Assembly: GCF_009914755.1 (NCBI RefSeq)
Contig: NC_060926.1
Reading direction: 5' to 3' (one strand)
DNA: 64,000 nt
Origin: the human T2T-CHM13v2.0 reference genome, Homo sapiens
Part shown: one piece after another, positions 1 through 12,757 of the stretch
Layout of the letters: every line of letters starts with the position of its first letter
Position numbering within the stretch: position 1 is the stretch's first letter
Notes under the pieces: model-generated
Told to the model about the DNA's origin: nothing
Database searches by the model: none
What the model saw: the letters and a program-made list of their open reading frames with translations, nothing else
Program-made: the position numbers and the translations under genes

Positions 1-3000
1 CTCTCTTCTCCCCGACCCCCCAGGCGCACCCGAGATGCCCTCACACCTCAGTGCATGCCTTCCCCATGTCCTCTAGTGGAAATCACCTACTCACGTGAGG
101 TGCAAGTTCAACAGCGCCCCAGTGGGAGCTTCCCTGCCATTCCTCCTCTCACCTTCCCGGGGCCTGGCCCTGCACTGGGCCGCTCCACTGCACTCTGACT
201 GTGCTCATCATTCTGCAAGCACGGGAGGCCAGGAGCAGTGTCGCCTTTCTCCATGTCTCCACTGCGCAGCACACTGCAGAAGGAATGATTTGTGCTTCAA
301 GAGCTACTGATGGCAAAGGTGGGGCAAATGGTCGGCACCTCTAACCTCTGTTCAGACCTGGAGCCAAAGAAAGCGAGCTCACCTCTGGCATCCTGGGTTT
401 GAAGGGCCTCAAGTGCCCCAGCCTGCAGAATCCCCACGCTGGCTTACGAGATTCTGTCTTGGTTATAACGTGTCACATCCATAATCAATGGAGAAAACAA
501 ACAGAAAAAATATGCTGGATGACAACTTATGGGTGAGTCCCACAGGGGGACACAGTGGTTTATTTCAGTCCTCCCTCAACCCCTCCTGCTGTGGCCACTA
601 GACAGGAGCGTGGAATGCTGGCCCTCAGGAGACTGAGGCTGCAGACAGGCCCTGATGAGAACTCACATCTACCCCTTGGCAGGAGCAAGGCCACCCACAC
701 CTAAGGCATAAAGGCTCAGAATAAGCCAGGTCATGGCGTCGCAGGGGGCAGCACACTTCCCTCCCGACCTGCCCAAGTCCCACCTGGGCAGACCATGCCT
801 CACTTGGTACCCCAAGGCCTGCCCAAGCTTGCCTGGGCTGGGCGGCCTACCTTAAACACTCCTTAACTTCCTTTCCCACAGCCATGGGATTGCTTTTTGC
901 AAGTCATGTGGTTCAATCTAGCCAGCAGTGCTCCCCCAGCCCTCCTGCTGCCGTGGGCGCCCACATCCTTCAGCTCAAAGAACAGGTCCTGACTCAGAGT
1001 GATGGGTGGGGGGACACAAAGTTATAAAACCAACTTTCCAAATGACAATTTGCTCAAGAGTACTTAGTTCCAGAGGAGGCAAGGGAACAGCTACCAAGTA
1101 TAAACAAAGGCTGCTCTGTGTAACTCAACTTTAATTAGAATGACAACTAATTGAAAGTAATTTAATGCTAGTTCATGAAAGATTAATGGAATTCATGTTT
1201 TGGAGATGCTGAATGCAACACAGATTTGGCCTGAAACACAAATCTAACCTTTATTCACTTTAATTATTCAGTCAGAATCATTTCCTGGGAGCAAGTCTAG
1301 TCTCTGGACGGCTCTAATCAAACACCACTGAACTTTGAAGACATCAACTCATTCAGCTGCAACTCAATTTTCAAATTAATCTGCCACATAACATGGAGGC
1401 TTTGTGGCCTAAGCAGGGGGCAGGTGGGAGGGGAAGATGGGGTTAAAGCCCTCCCAGGTATGAACTGATTCTAGAGCATCTGACCTTCCCCACCCTCTCT
1501 AGTGGCGAGGCACTTCCGGAACTGGTGCCAGGTCTTCCTATGAGAGGCTGAGCTGAGCAACCACGCTGCCTCCATGCTTGAGCTCAGGGCTCCACACTCA
1601 CAACTGAAGCCTAAGCCTGGTACAGCTGGAACCCTGAAGGGGGCCCTGGACCAGCAGAGCCTGCCTCTTCCACCCTAGCCTAGCTGCCCTTCCCTGCTCT
1701 CTCCCTCTCCCTAGGAGAGCTGAGACGAGGGACTTGAGCTCTCTGCTTGGCAAGATGCCCTCAGAAACCACCCCAATTTCTGCACCCACTTATTCCTTGG
1801 CCCTTCAGGCAGGCACCAGGTACGGCCCACACAGACTCAGCCTCTCCTTCCCTGCCTTGGAAAACCCAGGTCCCTAACTCCATCTGCTTTACTTTACAGC
1901 CCTTCCAAGGCTTCTTCCTAAAACCTTCTCTGCCAAAGGGGAGGCAACGCCACCATTTCTCACAGCCTGGGGCAGCTTGGAATGTGATATTTGGAGTCAG
2001 CAAAGATTCCAATCTGGCTAATACACATTAGGCAGTGTAGAGACCTGTGCTTTGGCCCTGAGGCACAGCCATGTGACCATGACTAATCTATGTCATAGAC
2101 GAGGTCAGAACAAGAGAAGGCAGGATGTCCCAGGAGGGCTGTGTCAGAACTCAAGGAAAAAAATATGACCTAAAGAATGCTCTTCCTGGCCATTCAGCGC
2201 CCCCCGTTTCGGGTTTTGCAGCAGACTTCCCCTGGGAAGTCAGCTCCAGCAGTCTTGGGACCCTGGGCAAGCAGCATCTGGGCCCCCCACCTGCCCATCC
2301 CAACACATCCTGCAGCAGTGCCGCACCCGGGCACCGTGGAGCCACAGAGGTCAGGAGGCCTGATTCCAGCTTATGCAAGTGACAGTGGCTGATGGCAGAG
2401 GAGACTGCAAGTGATCGTCCCACTCCCCTCCTACCTCAGGAGGTGCTGAGCCACCCTCACTGCTCTCGTTCACGTCATGAGAGCAAGAGTCAGCTGCTGC
2501 CGCCCTCCAGGCTACCAGGCCTGACCTGCTACCACCAAGGCATGACATGGGTTCCCAGAACAGCAGCCACAGCCAGATTTCCCTCCACCACACCCACCCG
2601 GGCAGCCTCCTCTAAAGTCACCAAACCCCGCCAGTCACAGAGAGCTCCCAGATCAGAACAGGTGAAGGATAACTGCAGAATTCCTCAATACCAAGGCCGT
2701 TTGCTAGCCATGTGGTCTATCAACCCTAAGAGGTGGAGAGACACCCTGAAAATGACCCTAAGCATGGTTCATCTCTGAGGCTCCAGCACCTAATAGTGTG
2801 TGCTTCTGCGCACTAATTAAATGTCTAGAATAACAGAGAATTAATGCAACTCCTTGAAGACTGTGGGTTAGGGAGTCCCTGAGGAGCCAAAGATACCGGC
2901 CAATGATCCCGACAAGAGGAGCTCTAGGGACAGGGCCCCATTTCTCAGCCAACCCGACATGGGCAGTCTGTGGTACTAAATAGTGACCCAGCCTAGGAGG

Positions 3001-3976
3001 TGTGGAGGCAAAACGTCAAATATATGTATTAAATCACTGGGACCAGGCAGTATCAGAATTTCTCAGCAACCAATTTTTATAGCCCCAGGTATAACCTCTA
3101 GCTATTGAAGATGAATGGGACAGAAAGTGAGAGGTTTACCAAGCTTTTGACCATGAGGAAAATCAGAAGGAAGACGTGGGGATGAACAGACCTCAATGTC
3201 AGACAAGCCAGGGGAGCCTGCCCAAAGCCACACACATGAAGAGAAGAAAAAAGCAGATAAATAAACGAAAGCTGGCCAGTGTTATCAAAGCCACACCAAC
3301 CTTCACCTTACCCAACAGCTTCACAGCAAAGTCACACTGGATGAAGGGGCCGAGAAGGAGAGCGAAAGCTAGTCAGACCCTGAAAGGGAATCTGGCTGAC
3401 AGAAAGAGCAAAGCCAGGGATAAGTGGGCACTGCTTTACAAGGACAAGTGTAAAGTAGCCATTTTCAACCTTTCTTACCCTTGTGTACCCTAAAAAAAAA
3501 TTTACATCTATGCATATCTAAGCTTAATACGTAAAATTCTTCATTTTAAATTTAAATAGTTGCAAAAAGTATAGTTTCTATTGTTATAAATATTAGCTAA
3601 ATTATTAAATCAGTTCTAAATGTATCCAACGGAATGTAACCTCCACTGCAGTTGGACACCCACCTTCATCTGGTTAAAAATACACATCTATACAACAGTC
3701 AGAAACCTCTGCTTACACGTGTTTTTCCATTCCACTCCCATACCTACAACTTTGTCCCAAAACATTTACCCTACTACAACTTTAGGAATGAAAGTCTCCT
3801 TTTGCTCATACATAATTCTCTGTAACACTCTAAAATTGAAATTTGTTTAAATTTCCTGTGACCATAAACTCTAAGTGTTAGAAATACTTTTGTTCTAGAT
3901 TGAATTATTACAATTACTATTAGTACATATTTGACCAAAACAAAGTATGAGAAAATCTGTCTTAGAATGCGTCGCA

Positions 3977-4269
3977 GGCCCGGCGCGGTGGCTCACGCCT
4001 GTAGTCCCAGCAGTTTGGGAGGCTGAGGTGGGCAGATCCCGAGGTCAGGAGATGGAGACCATCCTGGCTAAGGCAATGAAACCCCATCTCTACTAAAAAT
4101 ACGAAAAATTAGCCCACGTTGTGGCAAGCGCCTGTAGTCCTAGCTACTCAGGAGCCTGAGGCAGGAGAATGGCGTGAACCCAGGAGGCGGAGCTTGCAGT
4201 GAGCTGAGATTGCGCCACTGTACTCCAGCCTGGGTGACAAAGCAAGACTCCGCCTCAAAAAAAAAAAAA
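3977..4269 (+). mobile_element. AluY-type element
   Basis: Full dimer with AATGGCGTGAACC and GCGGAGCTTGCAG diagnostics, A-tail. Confidence 0.9.
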
Positions 4270-4506
4270 GGCATCGCAATTAGAGGGAGGGAGCTGGTTC
4301 CGGTTTCCATGGATAAATCTTGCTTACTGTTAAAATAAGGTAATTTCAGCATCAATTCCATTCCCATTTTTATTTTTACAGATATAAGCACTGAAAAACC
4401 TTGTTTTCATAAACAGAAGGGAATGAAGTTTCGTGATAGCAAAATCACAATTCTTTGAACTCCTGAGTTATAAGTCATGTGTGATCTATTATCAAAATTA
4501 TTTTTA

Positions 4507-4810
<304 letters not shown>

Positions 4811-5902
4811 TTATTTTTAATGATCAAGTGACAACTTAGCTGGCTCCTCCTTCAATTTTGTTAAAAACCTCTAAATTGCAAAAAAAAAAACTGTCAGTCA
4901 TTAGAGACACACACTTCCTCAATGTTACCAATATTTGCACTTATTCCTACATTGCCCCAGGGATGGTTTTCACTCTCCAGGGCAACACCCCTTGGTGGGA
5001 CAAGAATGGCTGAGGGTCTGCCTTCCTTTCAGAGTGAAAGACCATCATACAGGACCCCCTTAAGCCAGGTGTGCTCTGCAGCAGCTTAATTTTAGGAGGT
5101 ATAATGGAGGATGACTTAAAATAATTCCCTTAAACTATCCTTGTGTGGGTACCCCATGAAGTCTTCATACCCCCGGGGTCATGTGAACCCAGAGCACTGT
5201 TGTGAAGAGTAGGACCGCACTTACTCAGCACCGTGGCCTAACTGCATGGCCTGGAGGAGGTGAGTAGAGGGAAGGACCCTGTATTAACAGCATCTCATCC
5301 AGACAGCACTGAGAAGAGACGAGCCGGTGAGAGGGAGGAGGGTCTTCCTCTGAGTAAACAAACCAACGTGGCAAGGGTTCAGAGTAACGTGCTTAGAAGG
5401 CATAATCCTAACTCTGAGAATAAAGCGAAAGATTCTGCACCGTCAATTAACATCCAAGAATAGGGCAGCCTGCACTCCTTCCCTGCATCTGCCCCCACAG
5501 CCTGGCACCAAACAGCTGACTGGCCCAGTGGAGGACACCTCACCCAAATGGGACAATAACATTCTCTCTCTCCTGGAATTAAGGGCATGTTGCCAGCAGC
5601 TGGACAACAATTTCCTTCCAAATCCAATGAGAAACAGAGAAAGCTGGTCTGCAGAGACAGAATTAAAAAGCTGCATAATCAAGAGAGTGACAGAAAGGAC
5701 AGGTACCTTGGACTCGAAGGCAGTCCTTGTGAGGCCCAGCTTCGCTCAGGTTCTGAAAAATCTCCCTTTGTGTATCAGCTGGATTTAATGAATTTCTGGA
5801 GCTTGCAATCAGAAGAGGTTTGGCTCAGGAGTCACTAGAGACTATTCCTGAGGAAGTCAGCCCAATAGACCAATACATTTAGCATTATCAATAAGTACTC
5901 TG

Positions 5903-6175
5903 GGCCAGGCAAGTGGCTCACATCTGTAATCCCAACACTTTGGGAGGCTACAGCAGGAGGATTGCTTGAGGCCAGGAGTTCAAGACCAGCCTGGGCAACA
6001 CAGCAGCAAGACCTCGTCTCTCCCAAAAGCTTACTGCAACAGCGCCTATTGTCCCACTACTTAGGAGGGTGAGGTGGATCACTTGAGCCCAGGAGGTCAA
6101 GACTACAGTGAGCCAGTATCGAGCCACTGCACTCCAGTCTGGGCGACGGAGTGAGACCCTGTCTCAAAAAAAAAA
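5903..6175 (+). mobile_element. AluJ element
   Basis: Diverged Alu dimer. Confidence 0.88.
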
Positions 6176-6315
6176 AGGAAATTAGCTTTTTATTATAATT
6201 AGTGATGTTGAATATCTTTTTTAAAAAAATGTTTTATTCTTTTTAAAGTTAAATTATATTTCCTTTTTTTATGAGCTATCTATTCATGTACTTTGCCCAT
6301 TTATCTCCAGAGTAC

Positions 6316-6570
6316 TTTTTTTTAAAAATTCTTTAGAGATTGGCTCTTGCTCTGTCGCCCAGGCTGAAATGCAGTGGCGCAATCTCAGCTCACTGCAGCC
6401 TTGACCTCCTGGGCTCAAGCGATTCTCCTGCCTCAGCCCTTTTTGTATTTTTGTAGAGACAAGGTTTCACCATGTTGCCCAGGCTGGTCTTGAACTCCTA
6501 AGCTGAAGTGATCTGCCACCTCAGCCTCCCAACATGCTGGGATTATAGGCGTGAGCCATGGCGCCCGGCC
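6316..6570 (-). mobile_element. AluJ element (internal deletion)
   Basis: Reverse-strand Alu motifs. Confidence 0.85.
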
Positions 6571-6574
6571 TAGT

Positions 6575-6960
6575 AAGGCAATTTAAACCACAAAGAAATG
6601 TTATCACTTAGAGGACTGGCAAAGATCAAAAAGTTTGGTAATATTTTATGTAGACAAAGGTAAAAAGAAACAGGCACTCTCAACACTGCTAGATAGGAAT
6701 GTAAACCAGCACCATTTTTTTTTTTTTTTTTAGTAATTAGCACTATTGAAATTGGAAATGCACATCCCCCTCACCTCCTAAATCTCACGTCTAGAAATGA
6801 TCCTAGAAATATATCCAACATTGTATTAAATGACAGCTAAAGATTATGCATTAAAGTCATATTTATAAAAGCAAAAAATTTGAAACTGAATACCCTTCAA
6901 AAAGAGACTAAACTATGGTACATTCATAAAATAAAATCCAATATAGAAAAATGAGACAGA
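6575..6960 (+). mobile_element. Old L1M fragment
   Basis: Similarity to the L1 ORF2 3' region (e.g. ggcactctcaacactgct, aaactatggtacattcata). Confidence 0.6.
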
Positions 6961-7000
6961 ACAATCTCTAAGCTACAAGTGAGATTTGGAAGGTATACTA

Positions 7001-7354
<354 letters not shown>

Positions 7355-7639
7355 TCATAGAATATATCATAATAAACAGAGGAAACTGAGGTAAGGAAAA
7401 CACAAGGTCAGCATGGAAGCCATCTTGTCTGTCACAAGGTAGGGAGGTGATCAAAGACTGATAGGAGATGCTCAAAGAACACAGAAGCCACATTTCAGCA
7501 TCAAAATCAATAATGGCAGAAATGCTTACTATACATCAAATCAGGAAATTCCATCAAATTTCTTTAAAGGCTCATCTTCACAGAAGAAATATCAAAAATG
7601 TAGAAGGAATGACAACAGAAAAAATCAGTTTACAACTAC

Positions 7640-9430
7640 CTTAGTAATAATTCAGTCAAGAATGACCAATGAACAGAGTGCAAACTGCTGAGGACACGAT
7701 ATTCCTAGTCTCAAATATCGCCCCTCAGGCTACTTATTAACTGCAAAGGGGAAAGGGTATCAACTTGACAAGGGAGAAATCCGGCAGACACAACTTCAAA
7801 TCACCAATAATGGGACAAACTGGTATCAAGTGCCACCTGACATAACGAGGACACCATATCACCTATAAAAAATTCCTGACAAAAATGTTTAACCTGAAAC
7901 CACCAATGAGACAATCAGACAAATCCAAGTTAAGGAATGTCCTACAAAACAACTTGCCTGGACTCTTCAAATAGGTCACTATCAGGAAGGGCACTGGGGA
8001 CTGACTATTCTGGATAAAAAGAGACTAAACAGTCACAACATGCTGGGCACGGTGACTCACGCCTGTAATCCCAGCACTTTAGGGGGCTGAGGCGGGCAGA
8101 TCATGAGGTCAGAAAATCGAGACCATCTTGGCCAACATGGTGAAACCCCATCTCTACTAAAATTACAAACAATTAGCCGGGCATGGTGGTGTGCACCTGT
8201 AGTCCTAGTTACTCGGGAGGCTGACTCAAAAGAATTGCTTGAACGTGAGAGGCGGAGATTGCAGTGAGCCAAGATCACGTCACTGCTCTCCAGCCTGGAG
8301 ACAGAGCAAGACTCCATCTCAAAAGAAAAAAAAAAGTGACAACAACTAAATGCAATGTATGATCCTTTGCTGGATCCTGGACCCAAAACAAAAACAAAAA
8401 GGAACTGCATGTGCTGGTGAGAATGTTAAATGGTACAACTGAGTTGGAAACAGTCTGGCAGTTCCTCAAAATGTTAAACAGAGTTACCATATGACCCAGG
8501 AATTCCACTCCTAGGTAGATACCCAAGAGAAATGAAAACATATGTCCATGTAAACATATGTTCACTATTGCTCATAGCAGCATTATTCGTAACAGCCCCA
8601 AAGTGGAAAGAACCCAAATGTCCAACCATAGATAAACAAAATGTGGTATACCCATTCGATTGAATACTATTCAGATAATAGAGTATCGATTCATGCCACA
8701 ACATGGATGAGCCTTAAAAACATGACACTGAGAGAAGCCAGTCACGTACATCACACATCATATGATTATATTTATATGAAATGTCCAGGAAAGACAAATC
8801 CATAGAGACTGAAAGTAGATGAGTGCTTGCTTTGGGCTAGGAGGTGGGAGTTGGGATGGTGGGAGGGAAGGCAAGTGATTGCTAATGGGTATGGGGTTTC
8901 TTTTTAGGGTGATATAAGTGTTCTAAAATTGATTCTCATGGTGGCTGTACAACTCCAAATACAGTAAAAACCAATGAATTGTACACTTGAGGTGAACTGT
9001 ACAGTATGTAAATTATATCCCAATAAAGCTGTTATTTTTTAAAAACACAACTATGAAGAACTCATTATTAGAACACCTGGGGAAATCTGAAAGTAAACTA
9101 TGTATTAGATGGTAGTATTGTTATAAATGTTAACTTTATTGAGTCTGACAACTGCATTATGGTTATAAAGGAACACATGTCCTTACTCAGAAGATACCTG
9201 CTAAAGTACTATGGCTGATTTATCATAATTCCCTAACAATCTTAAATGACTCAACAAAAAACAGATCTATGTGTGTGTGCATATATGCATTGTGTGTGCC
9301 TGTGTGAGAGAACAAGAAAAAGCAAAGGTGCCAATATATTGATAACTGGTGATCTAAGTGAAGGATATACAGGTGTATATTGTACTATGCTTAGTCCTTC
9401 TGTAGTCTGAAAATTTTCAAAATAAAAACT
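7640..9430 (+). mobile_element. Nested old L1M 3' fragments (L1MB-like about 8410-9035), interrupted by an Alu
   Basis: L1 3'UTR motifs (ttaccatatgacccag, aattatatcccaataaagctgtt). Confidence 0.7.
8042..8335 (+). mobile_element. AluS (Sc-like) element
   Basis: Full dimer. Confidence 0.9.
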
Positions 9431-9920
9431 TGGGGGAAATACCAGAGAATAAAATTTAGATTTGCAGAGAGAGAGAGAGAGAGATATCACTGCAAGGCTA
9501 CTATTGAGTATTTTCAAATCACCACATCTTATCCTGAGCAAGAGGTCACTGTTCTGTGCTATGGTAAGATACAAACTATTCCTTCATATATAATAAAATT
9601 CCACCTTTTTTCAAAATTAATATAGGGTAAGTGAAGTCTACCAATCATGACAGCAAAGGAAATTAGTGTCTAAATGAACTGTGAGTTACAGGTACCTTTC
9701 ACTAAGGGGCAGGCAGGTTTTTATAAAAAACCATGTGGTAATCATCAATATGCCATTAAGACTCCTATTACTAGACTTTTAAGAACCATTTTATAAAGAT
9801 TATCTGGTGCCTAATTAACAAGAAAGAAATTAGACTCAGGTTTAAGATGCTGCTGGTGTTCTGAAATTACTCTGAAAGGTCATTCAAAGAACTTCAAACT
9901 TAAAATTTTTCATTCATGTA

Positions 9921-9926
9921 TTTATT
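9921..9926 (-). terminator. COX7A2L: Poly(A) signal AATAAA of COX7A2L
   Basis: TTTATT on + strand about 700 nt after the stop codon; GU/U-rich sequence follows (GUUUGAAGUUCUUUG). Confidence 0.75.
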
Positions 9927-10632
9927 CCACAGTCAAAATAAATCAAAATTTAAAGCTATAACATTTTTAAAAGATAAAGGAGAATTTGTGGCACAGCTGC
10001 ATTAACAAAACAGACACCAGTCTAAAGTGCAACACTAAACAGGTATTCTCTGTTCCCACGGTGGAATAAATACACACAATTACACATAAGATTTCACTAA
10101 AGATAGGAGATGAGGCAAATAACCCTTTGAAATTACCTGCCCAACAAATAGAGGCAGGCTACATTAATTTAACATTTTACTGCAAAATGGAAAAAATCCC
10201 CGAGGTGACTAACTCAAACTCCTCATTTCATGCACATGACCTTGGCTTCTGTGTTCTTTCCATAGCCACATCCAAATCCAGAAAGGCTCCTGCACCCCAT
10301 GCTCAAAAATGCAACCTCAAGTCCCTGAGGTCCTCAGCACAGACTGACATTAACAAGCCTGTGTTCAGCCTTCATCCAGAACCTCCAGGGAAATCAGGAG
10401 CACAAACACAGAGCAAGGCACCGTTTCTTTAAACAATGGCTTTAACTGTCGAATGAGCTCTGACAAGCCATATGCATTTCATAAACAAACCAAAACATCA
10501 TCTTCATATCTTCCTATTTTTCTTGCAAAAATGTTAAGCCATCCAAGTAAAAAAAAAAATTTTAATTTAACAATGAAAAAGGAACTTCAAAGGGTTTATG
10601 CCAAAAAACAAACCAGTCCTCTGCAGCCTAAC

Positions 10633-10773
10633 TCATTTGTTTTTGGGCTGCGAAGCCATGTAGAGGGCGATCAGGCAGTAGATGGTCCCTCCCACAGTCA
10701 GCGCCATGGTGGTCCGGTAAAGCATTTGGTCAGGCAGGCCTCGTTTCAGGTAGACGGGCACACCATCAGCTTT
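10633..10773 (-). CDS. COX7A2L: COX7A2L coding exon 3 (aa 69-114 plus TGA; includes the transmembrane helix)
   Basis: Acceptor cttgctttcaag|AAA; translates KADGVPVYLKRGLPDQMLYRTTMALTVGGTIYCLIALYMASQPKNK*; TGA at 10635-10633. Confidence 0.98.
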   Translation of the reverse strand, partial: KADGVPVYLKRGLPDQMLYRTTMALTVGGTIYCLIALYMASQPKNK

Positions 10774-11105
10774 CTTGAAAGCAAGAATTAACAAGGGCAT
10801 GGTTGAGAAGAAAAATATTTTACAATTTTACTCTTAAAAAATAACAAATTTGTCTACTCGGTAAGTAATTCATCAACACATGACAGTGGGAAAAGCACTA
10901 ATCCATGGAATGCTAGTAGAAGTTCCTATAAATGTAGCTAAAGCTTGTAAATCCAAAGTCATTCTCCAAAATGCTGCCTCAGGAAGCATGCATGCAAAAG
11001 ATTCCAAATGTCTAAGACATTTATCACATATTGCTTAACTGGAGCATTGGTGCATTTTTTAAAAGGCAAAGGTAATCAGTAGCTAAAAGAAGTGCAGGCA
11101 GGAGA

Positions 11106-11410
11106 GGCTGGGCGCGGTGGCTCACACCTGTAATCCCAGCACTTTGGGAGGCCGAGACAGGCAGATGGCTTGAGCCCAGGAGTTCAAGACCAGCCTGGGC
11201 AACATGGCAAAACCCTGTCTCTACAGAATAACTAAAATTAGCCAGGTGTGGTGGTATGCACCTGTAGTCCCATTAGGGACTTCCTATTAGGGAAGCTGAG
11301 GTGGGAGGATCGCTTGAGCCCAAGAGGTCAAGGATGCAGTGGGCCATGAGTGTGCCACTACACTCTGGCCTGGGTGACAGAGTAAGGCTCTGTCTTAAAA
11401 AAGATAAAAA
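11106..11410 (+). mobile_element. AluJ element in intron 2
   Basis: Full dimer. Confidence 0.9.
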
Positions 11411-11597
11411 GAGGTGCTGGCACGAGAAACGTTCTCCATTTAGTTTGGCTTCTGATCATAAGTGGATGGGGTCGGAGTACCTCATGTCAATAGGTTCAAG
11501 TCCATTTGGCATTCAACTGCCTTCTTTCCGTCACACTGTTAAACCCATTTAATAATCAAATTCCATGAGATATTTAAATCATCATCTTCATCATCAT

Positions 11598-11861
11598 TTT
11601 AGAGACTGGGTCTCACTCTGCTACCCAGGCTAGAATGCAGTGGCTCAATCATAGCTCACTGCAACCTCAAAATCCTGGGCTAAAGTGATCCTCCCGCCTC
11701 GGCCTCTGGAGTAGCTGGGGTTACAGACGCGTGCCTATACACTCAGCTAAGTTTTTTTGTAGAGGCAGGGTCTCGTTATGCTGCCCAGGCTGATCAAGCA
11801 ATCCTCCTACCTTGGCCTCCCAAAGTGTTGGGGCTGCACAAGTGAGCCACCACACCTGGCC
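11598..11861 (-). mobile_element. AluJ element in intron 2
   Basis: Reverse-strand Alu with internal deletion. Confidence 0.85.
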
Positions 11862-12625
11862 TGTTTAACTCATATTTTGCAGTGTCCAAAATCCTTCCCC
11901 ACCGCACCTTGAGATTCTAAATGCTCTCTCAAACCTTACTTATCAGATAAAAAGAGATTAAACTGATCAAAACAAAAGTGCTCTATCCTCAAGATGGGTC
12001 TGGATCTGGACTACTTTTGAGGAGGGGGAAGCTACCTTACAGCAATAGCAGTAGCAAGCACTGCCACTCCCATGGCACCTAAGATTTGGTCAGGTCACTA
12101 ATTTCTCAATAATTTGCAGGTAGATTCACTTTAAAAACATTTTCAATTCTGATTCTGGATTCTCTACTCATGTGCAAACCCGTAAGCACCTCCTCTACTT
12201 TCAGCAATAGCTCAGTGAATTTTAATATCAAGCAAGCAAAAAACAATGAGAAAAAAACCCACTGCCAAGTCATTACATGTGTCACGAAGTCAAATATATA
12301 TATTGGGTCATTCAGTTATACAGGCTACTCAGTTATTGAGGCTATTGCTTCTTCCATGCAATAAATGATCAAGAGCTATTCATGCCATTTCAAAACCCTC
12401 ACACCCTTAAATACTAATGAGGAAATTAACCACCCTCCCCTCTTTTATCAGTATCTACCTATATAAAGTTCTATTCGTTTATGGCTCAAACTAAAATCAA
12501 GAGAATACTACTTAAAGAAAAAGAAGGAGGGTGGGTAGTAAACTAGATTAAGATTTAGTTTCATAAGGGATTTTTTAAGCCTATTTATTTCACAGGCTTT
12601 TCTGTTGTAGAGTATCTTCCCTCAC

Positions 12626-12757
12626 CTGGAAAAACTTTTGTAGCTCTGGAACTTTGTTTTTCCCAGCATAATCATACACTGTGGAATCGGAGGTCAGTTT
12701 AGTTGGTGTGGCAAATATGATAGGTGGTGCTTCTGTGGAAACCACAGGCTTTAATCC
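12626..12757 (-). CDS. COX7A2L: COX7A2L coding exon 2 (aa 25-68, GLKPVVSTEAPP...VPELQKFFQ)
   Basis: Acceptor ttttctctacag|GGA, donor CAG|gtgagg, 132 nt; inside track ORF 12590..12832(-); NKVPELQKFFQ is the COX7A-family motif. Confidence 0.98.

Noticed and set aside
10453-10791. 112-aa + strand ORF overlapping exon 3
   Set aside because: Antisense to COX7A2L exon 3 and 3'UTR; no independent gene structure
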